A stretch of 64,000 nt of DNA, from the IMG/VR virus record IMGVR_UViG_3300008266_000002. One strand, written 5' to 3'. The DNA comes from a virus. The notes beneath the pieces are model-generated. The model was not told the origin of the DNA. It saw only the letters and a list, made by a program, of their open reading frames with translations, and did not search any database. The position numbers were made by a program, and so were the translations under genes. Of the stretch, positions 57,035-64,000 are shown piece by piece. Position 1 is the stretch's first letter. Each line of letters starts with the position of its first letter.

Positions 57035-58216
57035 ATGGCTAACATACCAATCTGGCCTGGATCCAGTTCATTTACTACATTATCAGCATCCTTCTACACA
57101 GGATCAACTACAACTAGACCAACTCCATTTGGATACTACGATGGTGATGCTACGTTTAAATTAGAAGCGGATAAGGTAGCTGATTGGTGTGCTAGAAGAT
57201 TGGGTTACCCAATCATGGATGTAGAATTACAAGACATTAACTTTTTTGCAGCATTTGAGGAAGCAGTAACAGAATTTAGTACTCAAGTTAACATGAACAA
57301 TGCAAAGGACTACATGTTAACATTAATTGGTACTCCAGTCACAAATCAACTTAGTCAAAAACCCGTAACACCTAATCTTGGTCGTACAATTACTATGGCT
57401 AAAGGTTATGGTAGTGAAGCTGGTAGTGGTGGTACAGTAGACTGGAAAAAAGGATATGTGGATCTAGTGCCAGGATCACAAAGCTATGATTTGGATGCAT
57501 TGTGGGCTAATGTTAGTGAGTCTGGAAAAGAGATAGAGATCAAGAGAGTTTATCACGACTTTACTCCAGCTATTGTAAGATACTTTGACCCTTATGTTGG
57601 AACTGGTGCTGGTACTCAGCAATTATTAGATAGCTTTGGATGGGGATCTTATTCACCAGCTGTATCGTTCCTAGTAATGCCACTATATGCAGACTTATTA
57701 AGAATGCAGGCTATCGAATTAAATGATACTATAAGAAAATCAAATTACTCATTTGAGCTTAGAAATAATAAACTTAATTTGTTTCCAATTCCAACTCTAC
57801 CATACAAGATGTGGTTTGAGTATATTGTTGTGGATGATAGAAATGCACCAGTTTCAGGAAGCTCTACTGGATCAATCAGCGATTTAAGTAACGTACCTTA
57901 TAGTAGAATTCAGTTTGGCAGCATAAAGGATATAGGCATTCAGTGGATATATAAATACACACTAGCGCTTGTGAAAGAAATGCTGGGTTTAGTTCGTAGC
58001 AAGTATTCAGTTGTTCCTATTCCAGGTGCAGAAACAACATTAAATGGAACAGACCTAATGTCACAAGGGAGAGAAGATAAGACAGCATTAATAACAGAGT
58101 TGCAGACATTACTACAAGGTATGACACGTCAAGGTCAGATGGAGCAAGAGGTGGCAGTTGCAACAGCACTACAAACACAATTATCAAAAGTACCTCTTTA
58201 CATATACGTTAAATAA
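57035..58216 (+). CDS. Neck/head-tail adaptor protein (T4 gp13-like)
   Basis: RRLGYPIMDVEL, WIYKYTLALVKEMLG.VRSKY..PIPG...TLNG. Confidence 0.8.
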   Translation: MANIPIWPGSSSFTTLSASFYTGSTTTRPTPFGYYDGDATFKLEADKVADWCARRLGYPIMDVELQDINFFAAFEEAVTEFSTQVNMNNAKDYMLTLIGTPVTNQLSQKPVTPNLGRTITMAKGYGSEAGSGGTVDWKKGYVDLVPGSQSYDLDALWANVSESGKEIEIKRVYHDFTPAIVRYFDPYVGTGAGTQQLLDSFGWGSYSPAVSFLVMPLYADLLRMQAIELNDTIRKSNYSFELRNNKLNLFPIPTLPYKMWFEYIVVDDRNAPVSGSSTGSISDLSNVPYSRIQFGSIKDIGIQWIYKYTLALVKEMLGLVRSKYSVVPIPGAETTLNGTDLMSQGREDKTALITELQTLLQGMTRQGQMEQEVAVATALQTQLSKVPLYIYVK

Positions 58217-58719
58217 TGGCACTATTTGGATCATCGAGGGATATTAGCTTTATCAAAAAGATAAACAACGAGTTGTTGGATGATATTATTCAACAAGAGG
58301 TTGATTACTATGAATATGCACTGAAGCATACTAAATCAAAAGATACGCCTAATCTATATGGAGAGGCATCTGCACAGAAAACATACTATGCTCCAGTTCG
58401 AGTAACTTGTTTATTGGAGAGAGGTGATCAAACATATATACAAGATGATCAGTTTGGTATTGATGTAACCCAAACATACACATTCAGATTTCTTAAACCA
58501 AAACTTAGAGAGGTGGGTTTAGTGCCACAGGGTGGTGATATTATTGAAGTTAGAGGGTCTTATTATGAAATTGATCAAGTAAACGAAAATCAATTTGTGT
58601 TAGGAAGAGATAATGATTATGGAAAAAATGTAGGTTCAGAGTTTGGAGAGAGTTTAAGTATTATTTGCATAGCACACTACACAAGAGTTTCAAGACTACA
58701 AATAGAAAGATCTAGATAA
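58216..58719 (+). CDS. Head closure/neck protein (T4 gp14-like)
   Basis: NLYGE, FGID, P..GDII...YEI; follows gp13-like gene. Confidence 0.7.
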   Translation: MALFGSSRDISFIKKINNELLDDIIQQEVDYYEYALKHTKSKDTPNLYGEASAQKTYYAPVRVTCLLERGDQTYIQDDQFGIDVTQTYTFRFLKPKLREVGLVPQGGDIIEVRGSYYEIDQVNENQFVLGRDNDYGKNVGSEFGESLSIICIAHYTRVSRLQIERSR

Positions 58720-59909
58720 TGTACACAAGAAAACGACTACCAAAATCACAATACGAACTAAGTCAAGGTGATATTAACCGAGACTTTGAGCGTGATAATG
58801 ATGTCCGCAGAGATGATGATACTCTGAAGGAATTGTCAGTGGGTTTGTACGATATTGATTATGCAATCAAATACTATTTTGAGGAAGTGATCAAACCAGA
58901 GGTAGAGGAGTTTGGCAATAAAATTAAAGTACCGGTAATGTATGGGTCACCAGAAAAATGGAAAAACATACAAGGAGATGGGTACTTTAGAGATAAGAAT
59001 GGAAAAATACTATCACCACTTATCTCTTATAGAAGAACAAACATAACTAAAAATAGAAATCTATCAAGTAAGGTAGATGCAAACTTCCCACAAATATATT
59101 ACAATCAGGAAGTTAAGTATACACAGATAAACAAATACGATCAGTTTAGTAAATTAACAAATTCTAAACCGATCAAGACTTATATCAACACAGTTGTTCC
59201 AGATTATATTGATGTTTCCTATGAGGTAGTGATTTGGACTGATTACATAGAGCAAATGAACGGTCTTGTGGAATCGCTAATCTATACAGAAGGAGCTTAT
59301 TGGGGAGATACGGAAAGTTTCAAATTCAGAACAAAGATAGACAACTGGACAAATACAACTGACCTACTACAAGATGCAGATCGTATTGTAAGAACAAATT
59401 TTGAACTTACTATTTTTGGACATATTGTACCAGATGTTTTAGTTAAACAACTTAGCAAAAAACAATCTAACAAAACATTCGATACACGTCAGGTTGTGTT
59501 TGAGATTACTCCAGATGCAGATCCATCCGTATTTCAAGAAAAGGATCAAGCTGTGGTGGGAGGAGCGATATTTACAACTCCAACCGTTACAACATCAATT
59601 AATCCACTATCGCTTGTTAATGCATCAACTGTGGTATACCTAAACACAAACAAAGCAATACAAGCTACTACAGTGACGGTACCAAATACAGCATATTTTA
59701 ATGGATCATTCTTAGCAGCTCCAAGCGGGTTACCAACTACTAGCATAAATAATTTCAGTTTCTTTGTTAATGGTCAATATATAGAACCTTCTGCATTAGT
59801 AAGTTTCACAGAGAGTGCTGGGGTATGTACTTTAGTTATTGATCCAGCGCAATTAGGTTTCACACTAGCATTAACGGATGAAATTGTAGCAATAGGAAAA
59901 TTCGCATAA
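58719..59909 (+). CDS. Tail terminator/sheath stabiliser (T4 gp15-like) with extra C-terminal domain
   Basis: KVPVMYGSPEKW, P.IS, P.Y....Y; follows gp14-like gene. Confidence 0.65.
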   Translation: MYTRKRLPKSQYELSQGDINRDFERDNDVRRDDDTLKELSVGLYDIDYAIKYYFEEVIKPEVEEFGNKIKVPVMYGSPEKWKNIQGDGYFRDKNGKILSPLISYRRTNITKNRNLSSKVDANFPQIYYNQEVKYTQINKYDQFSKLTNSKPIKTYINTVVPDYIDVSYEVVIWTDYIEQMNGLVESLIYTEGAYWGDTESFKFRTKIDNWTNTTDLLQDADRIVRTNFELTIFGHIVPDVLVKQLSKKQSNKTFDTRQVVFEITPDADPSVFQEKDQAVVGGAIFTTPTVTTSINPLSLVNASTVVYLNTNKAIQATTVTVPNTAYFNGSFLAAPSGLPTTSINNFSFFVNGQYIEPSALVSFTESAGVCTLVIDPAQLGFTLALTDEIVAIGKFA

Positions 59910-59910
59910 A

Positions 59911-60549
59911 ATGGCTTTATTTAGAGGTGATCAAATATCGGGTAGTGTTGCATCAGCGAGTTTGGCTAATACAGCATCGTATGTCCAAACAGCTCAAACT
60001 GCAAGTTATGCATTAAATGCAGTGAGTAGTAGTTTTTCTTCTACAGCATCGTTTGCTGTAACAGCTTCCTACTCACTAAATGCAGGAACTACTATAGATA
60101 CGGGTTCCTTTGTGCTTACCTCTTCTTTTACAAATTACACTGGCTCAACAACAAGTCAATTTGCAGGAACTGCATCATTTGCTAGTACTGCGTCTTTTGT
60201 AAGAGTAGCCCAAACAGCTTCGTATGTGTTAAATGCAGTGAGTGCTTCTTTTGCAACAACATCATCGTATGCATTTACGTCTGTGAGTAGTAGCTTTGCA
60301 ACAACAGCCAGCTATGCTCCTCCAACATTTCCATTTACAGGAAGTGCTATAGTTTCTGGATCGTTAGTGGTAACTGGTTCAACAAACATAGCTGGAAATT
60401 CTGGTACGACTTTGTTTTCAAGTAATGCAGATACGTTAATCATAACTGGATCGCTTTTATTGACGGGATCGATGAATGTAGTTGGTCTAATCACTGGAAC
60501 AGCATCATTCGCAATAAGTGCGAGCTATATAGATGGAGGTTTTTACTAA
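59911..60549 (+). CDS. Short fibre-like protein with A-x-T-A-S-[YF] repeats
   Basis: Many TASY/TASF/SASF units; C-terminal IDGG. Confidence 0.6.
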   Translation: MALFRGDQISGSVASASLANTASYVQTAQTASYALNAVSSSFSSTASFAVTASYSLNAGTTIDTGSFVLTSSFTNYTGSTTSQFAGTASFASTASFVRVAQTASYVLNAVSASFATTSSYAFTSVSSSFATTASYAPPTFPFTGSAIVSGSLVVTGSTNIAGNSGTTLFSSNADTLIITGSLLLTGSMNVVGLITGTASFAISASYIDGGFY

Positions 60550-61442
60550 TGCCTATATCATTAATCAATATAAACAATCAAGGAAGAATAAATCTTCAGA
60601 ATAATGGAACTGGTCAAATCTACGCATTAGTTTCATCAACACCATCTGTAGCGGTAACGGGATCTCCATGGCAGCAAATAGATACTATCACATCATACTT
60701 ACGTAACTACGTTTCTGATTTTAGAAATCCGCAATTTTACATATATCGATTGGATGGTAATCAATATCAAATTAATGATGCCGGAAATGATATGTTTGAT
60801 GGTGGAAACTACACAATTCCTGCATTACGAAACGGAACACAATACACAGCGTCATCAACGGTAGCAATACCCCCAGCACTTTCATATCTATCTCAGTCCG
60901 CTACACTGACTGATACAAATTATTATTTTGCGTCTTTTGGTTATTCACAATCGGCTGGGCCACTGACAACAAGTCCGCAAAGCCCTATTTATCATCCACT
61001 AACAATGATTGGAGCACGTAGTGGATCAGGACCAATAGGATGGCAGAAAGCTGGTAATATTGGAGCAGATGGAGCAGGTAGTATAGCAACAGGCAGTGTG
61101 TATACTGGTTCTACTGTTAATGGATTTACCACATACGCGTATTATAGACAAACGTATGGAGAAGGCTCAGATCCAAATATTTGTGATGTATATATGTTAT
61201 TTGGACATCCAAATTGGAACTCTGATTTTGGAAATGTTGTATGGTCAGTAAACCTAAATAGAGGACTTCAAGGCGCAGCTTTGTACTCAACTGGATCAGC
61301 ATCAAATCTATTAGCAGTAACAACCTTATTAAGTAGAACGGGAAGTACAGCTAATTCACCAAGTTTACCAATAAGCGCAAGTGATATTACAAACGTTGTT
61401 AACAATTTCACACTTCGTATTAAGGAAGCGTTATCCTTTTAA
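60549..61442 (+). CDS. Putative virion (fibre-associated) protein
   Basis: Beta-rich, [ST]xS-rich, between fibre genes; DAGNDMFDGGN acidic loop. Confidence 0.5.
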   Translation: MPISLININNQGRINLQNNGTGQIYALVSSTPSVAVTGSPWQQIDTITSYLRNYVSDFRNPQFYIYRLDGNQYQINDAGNDMFDGGNYTIPALRNGTQYTASSTVAIPPALSYLSQSATLTDTNYYFASFGYSQSAGPLTTSPQSPIYHPLTMIGARSGSGPIGWQKAGNIGADGAGSIATGSVYTGSTVNGFTTYAYYRQTYGEGSDPNICDVYMLFGHPNWNSDFGNVVWSVNLNRGLQGAALYSTGSASNLLAVTTLLSRTGSTANSPSLPISASDITNVVNNFTLRIKEALSF

Positions 61443-61450
61443 CTTGAAGA

Positions 61451-61458
61451 TATTTATA
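61451..61458 (+). promoter_or_regulatory. Putative late promoter TATTTATA
   Basis: 4 nt before ATG 61463. Confidence 0.7.
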
Positions 61459-61462
61459 GTAA

Positions 61463-63400
61463 ATGCCAGATAGAATATTACATAAGAGAAACCTAACATC
61501 GGGAAATATTCCTACCACAGCATCGCTGGAGGTGGGGGAGTTAGCTATAAATGTGGCTGATGGAAAGGTTCATCTACGAAGATCGGGTAGTGGAAATAAT
61601 GACATAGTGTCGCTAGTCACTGCCAATACAGTAACTACTGGATCAATAACAGCCACATCATTTACTGGAAGCTTATTTGGAACAAGTAGTTGGGCCAGCA
61701 GCGCAACGACTTCATCTTACGCTATACAAGCTCTCAGTAGTTCATATGCAATAGTAGCTTTGAGTAGTAGTATAGCTAATACAGCATCTTACGCAGTATT
61801 AGCTCAGAGTGCGACATCAAGTTCCTATGCAGCAACCTCATCTTATGTTAATACACTAAATCAGGATGTTACTATTTCGGGATCTTTGGCGGTTATTGGC
61901 AACTCCGTATTTTATGGATCCTCATCGTTTTTATACATAACTGCATCGCAATTAGCAATAAGCTCATCATTTATATCAGTAAACATATTTGAACCGCTTG
62001 AAAGATTTGGTGGTTTGAAGGTATACGATTCTGGATCATCTAATGCGACTGCATCGTTAGCTTGGGATTCGCAGCATAATCACTGGGTATACCAAAATGT
62101 GAGTGGATCTACTTACACTGGTGGCATGTTACTTTCAGGTCCAAGAAACACTGGATCTTTGGGAGATGAGCCAAATTTAACAAAATGGTTTATACCAAGA
62201 AGCGATGGAGGAGATCACTTAGACGATTCTCAAATTTTTACTAGTGGATCCACAACAATCGTAACTGGATCATTAACAGTCACTCAGGGGATAACTGGAA
62301 GCTTATATGGAACAAGTAGTTGGGCTCTCAATGCACAAACAGCTTCCTATGTAGAGTCAGCTCAAACAGCATCATACATACTTAATGCGGTCTCAGCATC
62401 TTTTGCACAAACAGCTTCGTATCTTTTAGGGTATATTTCACCATTCCCATTTAGTGGTAGTGCGCAAATAACTGGAAGTTTAGGAGTAACTGGATCATTT
62501 ATTATTGCAGACGGATCAAACATAGTAATTGATTCGGTAAATAGAGTACTAAAAGATTCTAGTGGCATTAATTCAATAAGCTGGAATAGTAGAAGACTAG
62601 CAGACACAAATGCCACCACTTCAATTGACTGGGATCAGAAAAAACTTAATGATGGTAGTGATGTAACATCCATCAACTGGGAATCTAGAAGACAAAACGA
62701 TAATACGGGAGTATCAGCAGTCGATTGGGGTCAGCGACAATTAACAGATGCAGTTGGATCAATATCAACCGACTGGTCATCAAGGATTCACTACGATAGT
62801 ACCACAATAGGTAGTATTAATTGGGAAGCAAGACAGTTACTAGACTCTACTGAAACATTGGTGCTGGATTGGAATAACAAAACATTGACTGCTAGTTTAC
62901 ATGGAACTGCAAGCTGGGCAGAAAGTGTTACTACATCATCATACGCTCTAACAGCGTCCTTTGTGAATTTACTCAACCAGAGTGTAATAATCACAGGCAG
63001 TCTTACCGTTGGATCAGGATCAATTGGTGTAGGTGAAAATACACTGGTAATAGGACCAGCACCCAATGGAGGTATAGGAGAAGGAGGTCAGATATTATTG
63101 TCTGCAGTAGGTGGTACCTACACATCTGCTTCAATGATAGACAACTATCAAAACAGATTTAGAATACTAAGAGGTACGAACGCAGGTAGCGATGCTGAGA
63201 TAGCTAGTTTGAATATGAGTACAGGTCAGTTAATATTAAATAAATACACAGGGTCTGGCGCATTTCCAGGCACGGCAGCTGCCAATTTAGCAGTAGATAC
63301 TAGCGGTAATGTTATTACAGTAACACCTGGAGCGTCAAGCACCGCTACTTTCAATTACGGATTATCATATGCAATAGCAAATTCACAACAATTATTTTAA
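61463..63400 (+). CDS. Tail fibre protein
   Basis: N-terminal KR....IP....L..GELAIN.ADGK fibre anchor motif; TASY/SSSY repeats; 16-aa Trp repeats. Confidence 0.8.
   Translation: MPDRILHKRNLTSGNIPTTASLEVGELAINVADGKVHLRRSGSGNNDIVSLVTANTVTTGSITATSFTGSLFGTSSWASSATTSSYAIQALSSSYAIVALSSSIANTASYAVLAQSATSSSYAATSSYVNTLNQDVTISGSLAVIGNSVFYGSSSFLYITASQLAISSSFISVNIFEPLERFGGLKVYDSGSSNATASLAWDSQHNHWVYQNVSGSTYTGGMLLSGPRNTGSLGDEPNLTKWFIPRSDGGDHLDDSQIFTSGSTTIVTGSLTVTQGITGSLYGTSSWALNAQTASYVESAQTASYILNAVSASFAQTASYLLGYISPFPFSGSAQITGSLGVTGSFIIADGSNIVIDSVNRVLKDSSGINSISWNSRRLADTNATTSIDWDQKKLNDGSDVTSINWESRRQNDNTGVSAVDWGQRQLTDAVGSISTDWSSRIHYDSTTIGSINWEARQLLDSTETLVLDWNNKTLTASLHGTASWAESVTTSSYALTASFVNLLNQSVIITGSLTVGSGSIGVGENTLVIGPAPNGGIGEGGQILLSAVGGTYTSASMIDNYQNRFRILRGTNAGSDAEIASLNMSTGQLILNKYTGSGAFPGTAAANLAVDTSGNVITVTPGASSTATFNYGLSYAIANSQQLF
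61664..62325 (+). repeat. 32-nt direct repeat pair inside the fibre gene
   Basis: ACTGGAAGCTTAT[T/A]TGGAACAAGTAGTTGGGC at 61664-61695 and 62294-62325 (31/32 identical). Confidence 0.85.
62525..62890 (+). repeat. About 8 x 16-aa protein repeat S-I-[DN]-W-x-x-R-x-L-x-D
   Basis: Seven Trp residues exactly 16 aa apart plus one degenerate upstream unit. Confidence 0.85.
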
Positions 63401-63411
63401 AAATATAAATT

Positions 63412-63825
63412 ATGGCAGCGAATACAGCACCAATTTTTACAGCAACACCAAGTATTCAATGGACAGACTCCATGTCAATTGCAAATACAACAAAGGACAT
63501 GACAACTGGCTCAGCATATCTTACCTTTACAGCTGGTGTAAGTGGCAGCTTTGTTCAAAGACTAAGATTTCGTACATTAGGAACAAATGTAGCGTCAGTT
63601 GCAAGAGTATGGATCAATAATGGACAAAGTACTGCATCCTTTACTAATAATACATTATGGGACGAATTATCACTTCCAGCTACAACGGTAACAGAAACAG
63701 CAGCACAATCAAATTATGAATTACCATTGAATTTTGCATTACCAAGCAACTACAGACTATACATCACTTTAGGTACTGGAGTAGCAGCTGGTTGGGATGC
63801 AATTGCGGTTGGTGGAGATTACTAA
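63412..63825 (+). CDS. Small virion protein downstream of fibre
   Basis: Beta-rich 137 aa ending GGDY; carries TGS/SGS/TAS motifs. Confidence 0.6.
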   Translation: MAANTAPIFTATPSIQWTDSMSIANTTKDMTTGSAYLTFTAGVSGSFVQRLRFRTLGTNVASVARVWINNGQSTASFTNNTLWDELSLPATTVTETAAQSNYELPLNFALPSNYRLYITLGTGVAAGWDAIAVGGDY

Positions 63826-63837
63826 AACAATAATAAA

Positions 63838-64000
63838 ATGTATACATACAACTTGTGTGAATTTGAATATGGGTATACGGGTCAATTCTATCAACGAAGT
63901 GATTTGTATGGAAATCCAAGCTATGTTGATTTAGACGGTAACGAAATACAATTAACGGGTATTTATGGATATCGTATTATTGGATCAAATGTAACACCAT
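63838..64000 (+). CDS. 3'-truncated hypothetical protein
   Basis: ATG 63838 after A-rich spacer; open to window end (MYTYNLCEFEYGYTGQFYQRSD...). Confidence 0.55.
   Translation, partial: MYTYNLCEFEYGYTGQFYQRSDLYGNPSYVDLDGNEIQLTGIYGYRIIGSNVTP

Noticed and set aside
61664-62325. Fibre repeat pair as a diversity-generating retroelement TR/VR
   Set aside because: Only 32 nt, one mismatch, both copies mid-gene, and no reverse transcriptase in the window.
1653-63066. Minus-strand ORFs and short alternate-frame + ORFs in the track (e.g. 1669, 5136, 31424, 34360, 51705)
   Set aside because: Nearly all lie within or largely overlap well-supported + strand genes, show no motifs and look like shadow frames.
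1-64000. Stop-codon reassignment as in some large Bacteroidota phages
   Set aside because: Core genes are full length in the standard code, and both TAG (7119, 18894, 35477) and TGA (989, 4307, 32295) end genes right at the next start.

Overview
A 64 kb, AT-rich, gene-dense segment of a large T4-like tailed phage (probably a myovirus). Every credible gene is on the + strand, uses the standard genetic code, and many overlap by stop/start (TAATG, ATGA). Order: HD hydrolase, gp55-like late sigma factor, a secreted protein with a type IX secretion (T9SS) sorting domain, a baseplate/tail module (split spike-like genes around a GH108 muramidase, M15 peptidase, gp25, gp6, two Ig + sugar-binding paralogs, LamG proteins), a replication/recombination islet (T7 endonuclease I-like resolvase, primase, fused Mre11-Rad50), a HxGH-nucleotidyltransferase/ligase fusion, many small probable head-packaged proteins mixed with lysis genes, then terminase, portal, prohead protease, scaffold, major capsid protein, PhoH, neck/tail-completion proteins and tail fibres. 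The host is inferred to be Bacteroidota (T9SS cargo, a TAnnTTTG promoter, scarce Shine-Dalgarno sites). Main observations: (1) a [S/T]-[G/A/S/Q/E]-S tripeptide is strongly enriched in outward-facing virion proteins and confined to the surface insertion domain of the capsid protein, a candidate virion-wide modification (e.g. O-glycosylation) sequon; (2) a shared capsid-targeting/protease-site grammar on more than a dozen proteins; (3) a late promoter TATTTATA, the reverse complement of the T4 late box; (4) a phage-encoded T9SS cargo. No tRNA, CRISPR array, intron, intein or mobile element was seen. All calls come from motif recognition by eye; no database searches were run.
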